A DNA stretch of 62,903 bases, filler included, from Parasitella parasitica NRRL 2501 (Eukaryota > Fungi > Mucoromycota): the NCBI GenBank assembly GCA_025201805.1. It is 9 parts of 9 records of this genome, joined end to end, with 100 filler letters (N's around TTAATTAATTAA, not from the genome) between each part and the next. Parts side by side here need not be neighbours in the genome. Positions count along the whole stretch, not along the records: positions 1 to 29,062 come from MU619444.1; 8 more parts are not named here. The stretch is one strand, 5' to 3'. A program made the position numbers and the translations under genes. Below the pieces are notes generated by a model that did not search any database, was not told where the DNA came from, and saw only the letters and a list, made by a program, of their open reading frames with translations. Below, piece by piece: positions 13,501 to 26,752 of this stretch. How positions within the stretch are numbered: position 1 is the first letter of the stretch; each line of letters begins with the position of its first letter.

Positions 13501-15151
13501 TTGGTTGGTTGCGTGATTTGTAGCCATACAGCACAAACACTTACATTTTCTTCTAAGAAAGAGTTTTGATTCTACACAAGACTATTGTTAGCACTTGGTC
13601 GTCCGTCCCAAATGGCGTACTGTACATACCTGATGAAAACGACGAGGACACAGTACACTGTAGCATGTATTCTCAGAAGTGCAAGTGGAAGAATAACAAT
13701 CAGTCAATAGCGTAAAGACACCATTTGGTATGTCATCTTGGTCATGAGAGATTTCGTTCTCGTTCGACTTGGTTGTATCAAGGACAATGGCGTCCGAATC
13801 AGCAGATAGCTTTCGTTTTATAGGTGGCTTTCCAATCACTTGATGTCCCTTGAATTGATAAAGCTCGTGCACTGAATCTCGCAAGCGATGCTCATAGTTG
13901 ACATCGTGGAAGAACTTTTGGTCATCCAGAGCACGTCCGACTAGAATGGCCAGATTTCGATCCGATGTCTTTATGATGGCGGCTAAAATACTCTATACAA
14001 AACATGTGAGCACATTGAGACATTTGTCGGTTGTCACGTCTACACATACGACAGCTTCTTTCCCAACGAATACATCGTGATACTTGATACTGTCCTTAGT
14101 CTTTGTGCCAACAACTATGTTTTCTTTGAATACACGGGCTATTTTTGAGAGTAACGCAGGATAGATGTGGCTGTTTGTAACGATTGGCGAGGTTGGGGCT
14201 GGTGAATCATACGAAAACGACTGAGATCTTTCGTTCTTTTTGCTGTTCTCTCTCTTCTTTTTTCGGCAAAGAGACATTTGGTGCACACTCTCGGCTGATT
14301 TTCTTAGGGGCAAACTTAGAGTTGTCGATGAGCTTGTCCACAGGTAATCTAGATTTGCTATTTATACAACATCAGCAACTTTATTATTCTCCCTCATTCC
14401 ACTTTCGAACGTTTGAAGATACTCAGCATTGCCGCTTCCATATTCTCTACCTACTCCTCCCCTCCTCCTTCTTATTTCTCGTCCCTCCTCCTTCCTATTT
14501 TTGTCATTCTAGCCTTCTCTCTCTCCCTAGTAATAACTCACTTTTACTTCGAGAGAGTGTAGATAACTTAGCTCGCATAGGTGCAGTTGATTTTGAGAGT
14601 TTTGATAATAATGTACTGCTGCTGGCCACTAGGGAAGTCTGAGTGCTGCTATCATTGATTTTATCTCGATCCTGTAGTACGATTTTTGGTTCCAAATTAG
14701 ATGTTGGCTCAAATAAGGTTGTATGCGCACTTTCAATAGTTTTGATCGATATGTGTTCCTCATCTTCCTCGTCATCGTCCCCATCATCGTCCTCATCTGA
14801 TAATGCAAATGAAACAGTTTCTGGACCAGGTAATATGGCATTCAGGGGCGCATATACGATCGCGCCTGGTCGATATATGAAGTCTTCATTATTTTGTACC
14901 TCTTCAGTGGCCGTTGCGGGAGCTGTAGCTGCAGCAGATATATGTGATGAGTTATTTAGCAAGACTTGTTGCTCTGGCTGCTGCTGCTGCTGCTGTTCTT
15001 GTCCCTGTATAATATAGTATTCATTCCGAAATGCCACTGCTGGTGTCAACTCATGGTTTGAGCTTTCAACAACAAAATGTGAACTATGTGTTACCATGCC
15101 TACGCGATCATGAATCTTTGATGATGAAGGCGACCCTGTATTTAAATTCAT
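10586..15151 (-). CDS. Rho1 guanine nucleotide exchange factor (Rom2/Rgf1 family; DEP-DH-PH-CNH), multi-exon
   Basis: IYPALLSKIA...DSIKYHDVFVGKEAV (DEP); RRQENIYELIYTEKDFV and ELNGYLTKPTTRLGRYNLLL (DH); PH; CNH with KDLYIPGE and WEGHPTAFVFRYPYVLAF. Exon boundaries and start codon are approximate. Confidence 0.9.
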
Positions 15152-15629
15152 CAGAGCTAGTAGTCTTTATTGCAAACAAAAGAGAAGAAAAATAGAAAAG
15201 AAAAGAAAAGAAAAAACAAAAAAAAAGTATAATTAAATTAAAAAAAAAGGGTACTATTATGGTGATTCCAAACAAATTTATAGGAGACATCCAAATATTT
15301 CTTTTCTTTTTCTTCCTCTTCTTCTGTTCTAAATATGAATTGGACTGGAGGTCAAAGGTACTATTTAGCAGTTCAAAGAATGAGTCAGCAGAAATCTTAA
15401 CAAAGAAGCCTGAAATAACACAAGACAGGAATAAAAGTATCACTCATGTAAATAGAAAGTCGCTATTAATCAACCATGTTGTTACAAAGAGTAATATGAT
15501 GATTGCAATTAAACTTCATTAATTTAAGTCTTTTTTTTTAAGGGTTGCCCTATCATTTTAGCCGTAGAGAGTTCCTAGTAGCAAGCGATGATAGACAGCA
15601 TGGGGAATCTATCTACTGCTTCTCTCTTT

Positions 15630-17952
15630 CTAACAATGTCGACAGATATAAAAGGCTACAACAACAACAAAAGACTTTGAATAAAGAAATGAGACGACGT
15701 CTTGGGGCTTGATGCCGATTATTTCTTATGTAAATTATCCACTACTGGCCCTCAATGCACCAATGGCTAGTGGCTAAGATGCATTACATCAGTACCGATA
15801 ACCTTCATAAATGGAAAATTCGCTTCTACCCAAAACTGATGCTCCTTTTATGTCCATAAGCTGATCTTGTTTGCCAATTGAAGTGAAAAAAAGCTCTGCC
15901 AGATTTTACTTGTCTGTAACCATAAAATTTTAAGCAAAGCAACCAAAATTAGCTGAAATTTGTAATACCGAAGCCAGTACTAGGGACATCAAGAAATCTC
16001 AAAATCACCACTCTGGGAGATTTGTGTGAAATATGTGAAAGTTGGAGTAAATTGGTGTAATGCAAATTTAATGTGAAGATTATTTTTGCATCTATGGAGA
16101 AATACCTCGAAACAACTCTATTCTTTTTTATGGACAAGAGAACAAAAGATGAAAGCCTCAACTGTTTGTATCTTTAAAACTCTCATGAGATTGACTATTT
16201 TTTGGTTATGCACAACACAATTTTTTCGTCAAAATGTTTGACAAACTGATGAAGGCATATTTTCATTAGATGGATCCGAGTCATCATCACCACCAACAGC
16301 AATCGGCATGAGCAAGTTCCATTTGAGCAGATGTTCATGAATTTTGTGAGAAAAGTTCTCAGTTACCAAAAGGCTAATCTTGAGAAGCAAGTATGAGTTA
16401 CAAAATAATAAGCAAAATAGTAATTAGAATACAATGGGGTCTCAATTTTACAAAACTCGATGTAAGTTTTACACAATTAATCAGCTGTAAAAATTAAAGA
16501 AAACCACGAAATTGCATTGGCACATTTATTTTAAATGCAATTGCTACAGAGAGTGAGGAAAGCCAAAAAGCTCTATTAAACTTTCAAAAAATGTTGTAAA
16601 ATTGTGATTGATGCATATAGCGACAGTAATGAAAACAATTGGAGACATGGACCAAGATTGATGGCCCAGAACGCGTGAAGTTGTTTGATGCCGCTTGCGC
16701 TTATGCTGATGCAAAAGAACCTCAACACAAGTTTGTGGGCAACTGTTTAGGTAAATGGATTTGTGAGTATGCCATTTAACCGCAGTGGACGCATAAATCA
16801 ACATAACAACTTTGATACTGTTACAAGTTTAATAAAGGCAGATATCATTAAATAATGATGAAACATATTAATGACCATTTTCTCTCTGTAGAATGTCAAA
16901 AATGATATCATCACAGGAGAAGAAGGCATTGTTCAAGTATACAATTTAGGATTTACACCATCCCCATTACCGATAATAGCAAGTGCGGTACTAATATTGG
17001 TATGACAACCTTTGCCACTCCTACTTCCTCATTACCATAACAGCAGTTGTTGAATCATCAACAAGCATAAGCATGTCCATTATTACTCCTTCCAACGAAC
17101 GTTAAAAAGATTTTGAAATACGTGGCCGAATGTAAGTAATTTGACTTTCATTCATTTAGTATTGGTGAGGAAGCATAAAAGTTTTATTTTTTATAGGATT
17201 GAATAGCTGTCTTATCAAGATGTTGGAGGATGTCCTCGAATTTGAGTTATGCCAAAGATTCATCGATCCTATACTGTTTGGATGACCCAGAGGAGGGCAT
17301 TTTGTTTAAATTTTAAGTGTACTCGATTGGTTTCTTATTCAAATGATATTCATTATCTTCAATGCTTATAGATAGGACGAGTGTTACAAGTGAAGAATTC
17401 AAAAATGGGTTTATAACAAAGTAGCTTCCTGACAGTACAATCACCAGATTAATGGACTCTAGATCATCATTAGGATTTATTGAAGTAAAAGGCGCAAAAA
17501 GAGGAAATGAAAAGTCTGCAATATCAAACGATCTTGTTTAACTTGGATTATTAACCTAAAATGCTATTGATCGATCAAACGCAAACGGTTGGTTTGGAAT
17601 ACAAGGAATAGACAATTATTAAATAGTAAGAAAGTTGGAATTAAAGTAAACACTTGACACTTGCATTCTAAACATTATTTTAGGCTTTACAGTCAGTTTT
17701 CTTATTACAGAACTTGTTGAAGATAAAATTTATGTCATAATATTTAACTTGCACAGCATAAAAGCGACATTATCAAAAGAATCACTTCAAGGATTCGTTG
17801 GATATTTTGACGAAATCTTGTCTCTATTGAATATCTTCGATGAGCATTGCATTACGTTCACTTGCGATACCAGTATTCAAGATTCCTGTATACGAAAGCC
17901 TTTCATCCCAAGAAGCATTCAATTCCATTCTATCAAAATCAAAAAGCAATAA
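15630..17952 (+). pseudogene. Degenerate PD-(D/E)xK nuclease-like (CR-REase-type) Mucorales repeat gene
   Basis: Stop-riddled remnant reading EFELCQRFIDPILFG...PDSTITRL...LGFIEVK...NDLV*LG...FGIQGI at about 17230-17610. The 5' limit is uncertain. Confidence 0.5.
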
Positions 17953-18522
17953 ACGACGATGTTATACATCCTAAAGGGTGGCACCATCTCAACCGAAATC
18001 CTAATAATATATAAACAAATGTACTGCAAAAATCCAAACAAGATGAGAGCTTTCAAAAGGTCCTAAACGCAATGGTTGGACTTTTGAAGATGATAAATAT
18101 AATGCATATGGAAATATCTACTCATTGTGGATAAGCAGTAGGTATGTATAGTTCAGCTAGACTAGAAAAATAATGAGGTAGTAGTGGAAAATGTGTGTAA
18201 CAACTAATTTAAATTGCAAAGAAAATAAACTCTTACAGCCAATTCGTTCGTACAATAAAATTATCATCATCTTGGAACTTGCTCGTAAAATATTGATCTA
18301 TCCAAAATTATATAAACATGGCTTGTAGTGTCTGCTGCAGTTGAGGTATCCATCGAGAGTTAGGACGTCTATGTCAACTAACATATACCAAGCTCACATC
18401 ATCAGCAAACTTAGGCGGATTATTAAATAAATAGATGTTTGCCAAGTTACAAAGTTTGTTCTCTTCTTTTTTCCTCCTTTCTTAACACTAAAAGCAGGGC
18501 CATATTTTTGAAACAGCAAAGA

Positions 18523-20527
18523 ATGGCACAATCTAACGTATTTAATATACAGGACTACCCAGTGATTATTGGAATTGATTTTGGTAAAATATACATACTC
18601 ACAATATCAATTGTTTCCTAATAAAAACAAAATATCATAAAAAGGTACCACATTTTCTGGTTGTTCATATGCCTTTGCTCAGAACGACGAGGTGGTTGAT
18701 ATAGTCCGATGGTAAGCCTATAGGTAACAAACACATACTCTCTTATTTAACGCTGCGAGTAGGCCCAAGCAAAACAACAATGTCTATCCAAAAGTTGGTT
18801 AAAATAAGTTATAAATAGATATGTGATATTCTAAAAATTATCATCTAGACACCAACACTTAATTTCTACCAAGGCAATGGCAAAGCCATGACACAGTGGG
18901 GCAATGCTGCTCGCGTGGAAATGCAGCGCCCTACTGCTAGAAACTCAGTACTATTGAAGCAGTACAAGCTCTATTTGGATGAGAACATCGCCAAGGATTT
19001 ACCACCTCTTCCAAACGGTCTGACTATTGTTGAAGCTATCTCTGATTATCTTCGCATGTTTCATGAACATGTTGTTAATGAATTAAAAAAGGGCTTCGCA
19101 AAGAATTACGGAAAACACCAGTTTAGATACGTAAGTGTCGCGGGGGGGGTGCTTTGGAAAAACACTCCATATTGATACATTCCTTTTTCTCGGCAGTGTT
19201 TGACTGTTCCCGCCATGTGGTCTGACAAGGCAAAGAGTACTATGCGTGATGCTGCTGTTATGGCTGGCCTCATCAAAAGAGACGATCATCGTGATCGTTT
19301 GATGCTTATTTCTGAACCTGAAGCTGCAGCACTTTACTGTGAGAAAAAATGCGAGCAATTCAATCTAAAGGGCAACGATAGATTTATGATTTGTGATGCT
19401 GGTGGAGGAACCGTTGATCTGATTGTTTTTGAAATTGACGAACGCAATGGTCGTAAATTGCGTGAATGCACAAAGGGCCACGGTCAATCCTGTGGTTCTG
19501 TTTTCCTCGATCGTCGTATGCGAAAACTTTTGAAGAAGAAGTTCAAAAGCTACCTCTCCACGATTCCAGCTTCTGCCTTTGAAACTATGATGGATAGCTT
19601 TGTTGATTTGATTAAGCCTCAATTTGATGGTGTGGAAGACCAGTATATTACCCTGCCTGCTGCCATTAATTTAGAGCCTAGCACCAAACAACTCATCGAT
19701 GGACTTGAAGATGGGATGCTTTGTTTGAAAGCCAACGATTTGAAGAATGAAGTATTTGAACCTGTTATTAAGGAAGTCATCAATTTATGCGAAGAGCAGT
19801 TTCAAAAGGCTGGTGGCCTAAACGCAATTTTCCTGGTAGGTGGCTTTGGCTCTTCAAATTATCTTTTTGAAAGGGTACAAGAAGAATTTGAAGGAAGAGT
19901 AGGTTTAGTTGCAGTACCACCTCGTTGTGAGCTGGCTGTGGTCCGTGGCGCTGTTTACTTTGGTTTGAATCCTCATGTGGTCACGACTCGTATTCCTAGA
20001 TACTGGTATGGCATAGACACAACTACTACATTCGAGGAAGGTGTGGACCCACCAAGTTATAAGATTATCAGAGCTGATGGCAGTGTTCGCTGCGACAATA
20101 AATTCTCTGTTTATGTTAAAAGAGGACAGCCCCTTGGTACGTGTGTAGGGCCATAGATTGTTTTGATGTACTGATTTCATGCATCATAGATATTGACAAC
20201 TGCGTGTCAAAAGATTTTTTTGCTTATTATCCTCATCATACAACATGTACCCTTTATTCTGCTGATACTGACGAACAACCCATATATACAACAAGTCCTG
20301 GCGTCCATAAGGTTGCTAATTTTACCATTCCTATGCCAGCATTGACAGGTGTTACGGAGGGTGAAAAAGTTGATTTAACCATCAAAATGTATTTTGGTGA
20401 GGTTGAATTGAAAGTTGAAGGTATGTATTAGATAGTTTTCTTTATAAAAAATGCTGAGCTTCGTCTTTATGTAGCTGTGATCCGTGGCAAGACATATGGT
20501 ACAACTTGTACCTTCGACACTGATTAA
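18523..20527 (+). CDS. Atypical Hsp70 (HSPA12-like actin-fold ATPase), multi-exon
   Basis: IGIDFGTTFSG, CLTVPAMWS, LISEPEAAALYC, ICDAGGGTVDL and LVGGFGSSNYL motifs. GT-AG introns. Confidence 0.92.
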
Positions 20528-21488
20528 ATTTTACAGTAATAACAATTGTAACTTTCACAATAATAATAAAATACCGTTCTTTGGTTTATTATTGCTTGCA
20601 TTACCCTCTGAATCTCAACAATACTGCCTTATAAAAAGACCAGTAATCTGACTATGCAGAGGGTTATCTTGTTGGTGTCATTTTATATTGTGTTTCTGCT
20701 CAGCATGTCATGTCACTGTTTCGTTAAGAATGATAGATCACAAGCAGTTCATTGTCATCTTATCATATAAAAGCATTTGAATAGTTAACGTTAAACAGAT
20801 TTATTATTCAATAATTCCATCTCATCAAAACTACTCAAAAAATCGACAATGATTACCAAATTTTTGTTCTTTTCTCTAGCTACTATATTGCTCTGTGTTC
20901 ATGCTGCATGAGTAGCTCCAAGAAATATTATTAAACGAAGTTGGGATGGCCTGCAAACCACTGACACAAACGTGGGTTTCTTTGACAACTCGTACCGCCA
21001 AGATCTTCGGCCAGGCGATAAAGTACTCCCCCGCCCTGATATCCAAGTTGGCAAATAACTTTGGCATTACTTGATGTCGTTTAATCAAATGTTGTAATTT
21101 TGCATCAAAAGTTCGAGAAACATGATCCAATTTCCCACAGCTGTATAAATTAATAACAAGATCGAATAGCCACCACATACATTCAGGTATTATGGGATGT
21201 GATGAGATACCCAGTCAATGTTGACTTCGAAATAAAATCATCGCATTTGATCAGATAAATAATAACCTCTACGAATGTGCATCATTTGCATTTTGGACCG
21301 ACTTTTTTCGCATGTCTTTCTCTTCGAATCGTTGAAACGCCGCATGCTGCTCCTCATCTACTTGATGACGTTGAAAAGAGACGCGTATGGATTTGTTGTA
21401 CATCTAAAAAAAAGAATAGCATATATTTAAACGTTTCCCTCTATTCATTAACCTCTGTCCTTTTTTTAAAAAAAAATATTAATACACA

Positions 21489-22529
21489 ATGTCTGGATAC
21501 GATCGCGCCTTAACAGTATTTTCTCCCGATGGTCATTTGTTTCAAGTAGAATACGCTTCAGAAGCTGTTAGAAAGGGTACATGTGCGGTATGTTACTCAT
21601 TTAATTCAATTGTGAAAAGAAATTAATACATTTTTGACAATAGGTTGGTGTTCGTGGAAAGAATGTCGTTGTTCTCGGTGTTGAGAAGAAGTCTGTATTA
21701 AAGTTACAAGATCCTAGGACTGTTCGTAAGATTTGTATGCTCGATGACCATATTTGTATGGCTTTTGCAGGTAAAAGAAAGAAGCGAGAAAGACAAACAT
21801 GACACTGAGGCTAAATGAATAAATAGGCCTCACTGCTGACGCCCGTGTCTTGGTCAACAAGGCCAGAACTGAATGTCAAAGTCATCGCTTGACTGTTGAG
21901 GATCCCGCATCAGTTGAATACATTACGCGCTATATTGCTCAAGTCCAGCAAGTAAGATTCAAACGTGGAAAATGCATAAATTATGTCACTTATTATTGCA
22001 AAAATAGAAATATACCCAAAGTGGTGGCGTTCGCCCTTTTGGTATCTCTACACTAATTGTTGGTTTTGATAACAAAGAGCCTAAATTGTACATGACCGAA
22101 CCATCAGGTATTTATACTGCTTGGAAGGTGAGTAGAGTCAAGAAATGCAAAGAATCCATCATGTACTAACGCTATTTTTAATTAGGCTAATGCTATCGGC
22201 AGAAGCTCTAAAACCGTTCGTGAATTTTTGGAAAAGAATTATAGCGAGGATATGGATGAAAAGCATACTGTTAAATTAGCCATCAAATCTTTGTTAGAAG
22301 TTGTTCAAACAGGTGCAAAGAATATTGAGATTGCAGTGATGACATCGGATAATTCTGTTAAAGTAAGACGATTTTTTTTCTCCTGAAAATTAGACATTGA
22401 TCAAATTGTAATCGAATTTAGCCCTTGGAGCAGGAAGAGGTTGAAAGCGTCGTTGCAGAAATTGAAAAGGAAAAGGAGGAAGAAGCTGAAAAGAAGAAGA
22501 AGCCTGCAGTTGCATCGGGAAACAATTAG
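21489..22529 (+). CDS. PRE6: 20S proteasome subunit alpha4 (PSMA7/Pre6), multi-exon
   Basis: [82 protein letters not shown]. Confidence 0.97.
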
Positions 22530-24559
22530 GCTATTTGTTAAAGTGTTATCAATAAAAAAAAACGTGGCCCATTCTGTATATTATTAATGTCATCTTGCAT
22601 AAAAGTTACATTACTCGCTAGTTAACGCACAAATTGTCAACTTGCAATGACTAACAAAAAATATAAAACCTTGATGGATTTGCTGCCTGGCATTTTACAA
22701 AAATATAATGTTTTCAATAATTTTAACTCCGTTGTCATGGCAACCGTTCCTGGATCAAATGTGATGTCGAATGTGAAAAAAAGTGCATAATATTTACTCC
22801 AGCATATATTATATAACTTTTAGTACAATACTACTGAAAATGTAGTTATAAGGTATGAATTATCAATGCTGATGATTATCAATCTTAAACCAGATATCAA
22901 ATCAGTATGAACTCATCTGTATGACAATAACAGGTAGCATATGTGCTGAAGTGATATAACTTCCCACAAAAAGTAATTGAATGTCATATCTTACGGAACT
23001 GCCTTAGAGATTCAAAATCAAGCTAACAGACAGATTACCTAAATATCTAACCGTGAAACCACGAAGTATCCATAATTAATTAAGAACTAATTAAAGGAAA
23101 TCGAACCACAAAACCCCATTTGGAATGCATTGACCAATGTAAGGACTGGTCCATGCATGTTATTTGATTTACACATGTTTCAGAAACATCGATAATAGAA
23201 TACCCTACTTGATTATGTAAAATGAAATAGAAACAAACTTGAACTTGGTCAGACTGACAGTTACGACATGACTGACAGACAGACCGTTTACAACAACGAA
23301 TATAAATAGAGTAGAAATGTCTAAGCTTTGCACGTTATTCTATTTCAAAAATAAAGGAACTAAATTGTATCTATTGTTCTTTTTACACTTTTTTACTACA
23401 TCATTTACCAAAGCAGTTTTCATTTTCATAAATAACAGACTGGTATGTCAAAAGTCAAACAGAGATAAATCTGCCAAACAATATTACACTTTTATTAATT
23501 AATTATACATTTCTCGATGCATTATATATGCACTCATTCTACTAGGACTTTACTGAATAACTGCATAATTTAAATAATGATTACCCATGATTTACCCTAA
23601 GACCATAGAGCTGATCTGAGACTCTGATGTGAGATTTCCTCGCCGTGTTATTGATATAACAACAGATATTTGGTCAATGTATTTCTGTGTATGAATATAT
23701 CGATATCTATAGAATTATCAAGTTTAATGAGGAGGCAATAAAGACTATTAATGTACTAGTTGCAAAACTAATAATATTACTGATTGATAAGAGATTGCCT
23801 ATTTGAATAGAATAAATTCACATCACTCGATCTATGAATACAATCAGTGTTGTGCCAGAAAAGCATGAGGTTAAGCAATTATTAGATTGGTAAGTCTTTG
23901 TATACAATGACAAGGAATGAGCTATTCATGTATAATAGAACATGTAATAAACTTGGTAATAAATACCAATGTTATGGAGTACAATTATCTAGTAGTAAGG
24001 GCAGAATGATGTACTATGTTAATGAACGGTTGGTGTATCTAATTGTTGACATTGCCATCAGTGTTATTACTTACTATATAATATGTGTGTATCTTTATTG
24101 GACATGAAGTAATTGGCAGCAATGCGGCGATGTTTATATGAACTATGAACTTATATGTAAACAATGATCGGTAGTGACAGATCAGGTGTGCAGTGATAAG
24201 GATGATTTATAGACAATAGATTTGCTAGTATATGAGAAATGTTTATTGTAATAAACTATAGCTATCACAGATATTTTCACTCGCGCTCCAATACCTAGTA
24301 AATGTTGAACCTATTTATAATAATTGGATGTTTCATGTAATATGAGCACATCATGTAATGTGAATCATTACAACCAAGTTCAAAATGTTTAACCATGATG
24401 ACAAATAGTGTCACAATAGATATAATCTAGTATAAAAAGATGATATTTTCTTATCGATAAATTTATTAATTTATGTGTCTGATTTTATTTTTATAAAGCT
24501 ATACATTTTTTTAGCAGATTATATTTATTTATCCTAAGCGCATAACAATGCTAAGCAAT

Positions 24560-25745
24560 AAAAAAACCACACGTTGAACTTCAGTTACAATAGTTTCCAA
24601 TAATACACCGGAATACACGTGATTTTTTCAAACTTCGAAACAGAAAACCGAGAAACGTTTGATAGAGACATTGCCCAGTGGAAATCAAGTTATGCTCATA
24701 TAGCGATGATCATGCCTGTACTTATGGCGCCTAAGACAGTGATTATTTTGGTCTTTATCGAAGGTTATCATTGATTATATTCAAGATTCAACTTCGCATC
24801 TGCTATTTATACTTTTTACAACTACATAATTTTTGGTGACTTATTTAAAATACTAGTCGATACTAATCGAGAAGAATAATTTGCAAACAACATCTTATCC
24901 TTAACAAGGTACGATGTATTATTATACTACAAGGCTATTATTGATCTTTGATCTGACAGTGCCTTGTTGTTTGTCAATCATACAGATCTGTGTTACAGAT
25001 AACCTTCCTGATTTGAAACAAAGATTTTATTCTCTGTCCCAAATCAAGAAGATTATTCCTGGAAGTAACAGACCTGAGCACCAGGATAAAGATTAAGGCA
25101 CTGTCAGATCAAAGAAGGTGGTAGCCCTTGTTGTATAATATATAACCTTACATTGTATCCTATCAAGTAGATTATTACTAGGGATTATGTTGTGTCCATA
25201 TAAAGGCTACATATATGTCATATCTAACTTAATCATAATGCACGGATCATGATATTAATTGTTGATAATTCTTTTACAAATAAGGAATAAGCTACAATTT
25301 GTAATTGGACCTCTTGCAAGGTTCCAGGCTTATTCAAAGAATACATCTAGATCAGATCGCGGGATGTCAGGAAGACTTCCTACCCAATCTTCTCTTTAAT
25401 GTAAAATAGAAAGATAGGTCTGCCCTGGAAATGCTGTGATTTAATAAGGTCTGACATTTCTTGTCAAACATCAGATGCTATGTGGATAAACATTGATTGG
25501 GATATATTTTAGTATAAATAGAGATCATTTCTTATGTCAATAAAAGTCTTCAGTTTTGTATCTGGTTTTATTCAGAAAAGTCTTTATTACTTTATACAAA
25601 CAACATTTACATAACATTACGCTGCGCCCTTTGACACTGGCACAACAGATTAGCCTTGTAGATTAATAATCTAAATGAGGCACCATAAATTTATGTAGTT
25701 GCAAGAGGAATAAGTAGCAGATGCGGTTTCGAACTTAAAGTATCA
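24560..25745. mobile_element. Long-inverted-repeat family: right arm joined directly to left arm, with a nested LTR
   Basis: 24600-25030 matches 56110-56535. 25030-25185 plus 25640-25745 match 54590-54845. The two arms are reverse complements of each other. Confidence 0.8.
25188..25605 (+). mobile_element. Solo LTR (418 bp, TGTTG...CAACA)
   Basis: Canonical TG..CA inverted ends, internal TATAAATA and AATAAA. Near-identical copy starts at 53839. Confidence 0.8.
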
Positions 25746-26752
25746 TATTTCGCTTACCTCTGGTTTTTAACTTTTTTTCCAACAATTATGAGATTTTAGA
25801 CGAGGTTTTGAATTAACTTTAAAATAATTTTACAAATCACTCTTGATAAACCTCGTAAAATAAGCAATGCAGTTGAAATACCCAATTAATTACGACTTCC
25901 TCCACAGGGAATCAAATCGTGTGGCAGTACCAAGTGACCTTGGAGTTCCACAAGCTTCTACACCTTTCAGTCATTCATGATAGTAACGCAATAAAAATCA
26001 GATTCATTATGTAATCTCCAAGGTTAGGTTTACTTTCTTTTAAGCACTGCTACAACAAGATATTTCGAACGTGGTCGTTTGTTATATAATTGTGGAGCTA
26101 AATTTATAACAAAGCTTATATCTAGCAAGGCAAAATATATTTTATATTCCTCAAATATACTGAGCACATGTTTTTGTTTTAACATGGTTTACACCTTTAA
26201 GACATGTGTCAATTGTAATGGTAATCTGAATTATATATGCTACGCCCACAATTAATTCAAATCCTAATACTCGAGAAAGAGTAACATCTGTCTATTTACA
26301 ATGAATTTTCATAAATTAAAACGAGACCACCGTCTGATATTTGCCCCATAATAAATATGTCATTGAAATGTCAATGCCGTATAACTGATTCATAGAGGCT
26401 CCATCCAATGTGATTTGAAGTGTGGATAGTTATTCAAAATATCTGGCCAAGTTGATGATAGTACTCTTTGGGGTTTCGTTTATGGCAGAAACGTGAGACG
26501 TTAACGATCATAACTTCAGCTTTAAGGCTATCTCAAGCCCAGTTGCCAAATTATTATCTTTTTAGTGTTTACTACCACTAATAAAGAAAAAGGGGGACAG
26601 TAATAATGATCATTTTGTAGCCTTCTTGGACATTGAACCCGTTTCAAAAACCGTACAAATGTTCACACTGACAAATTATATTTAATTGCACGTGGGGAGT
26701 TTTTTCCCCACACCTTTCTAATTTTTTTTATCTGTTTTTTCTGTTTTTAAGC

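Noticed and set aside
22600-24560. Possible gene in AT-rich interval
   Set aside because: Only short ORFs; probably the decayed interior of a repeat, and it cannot be assigned.
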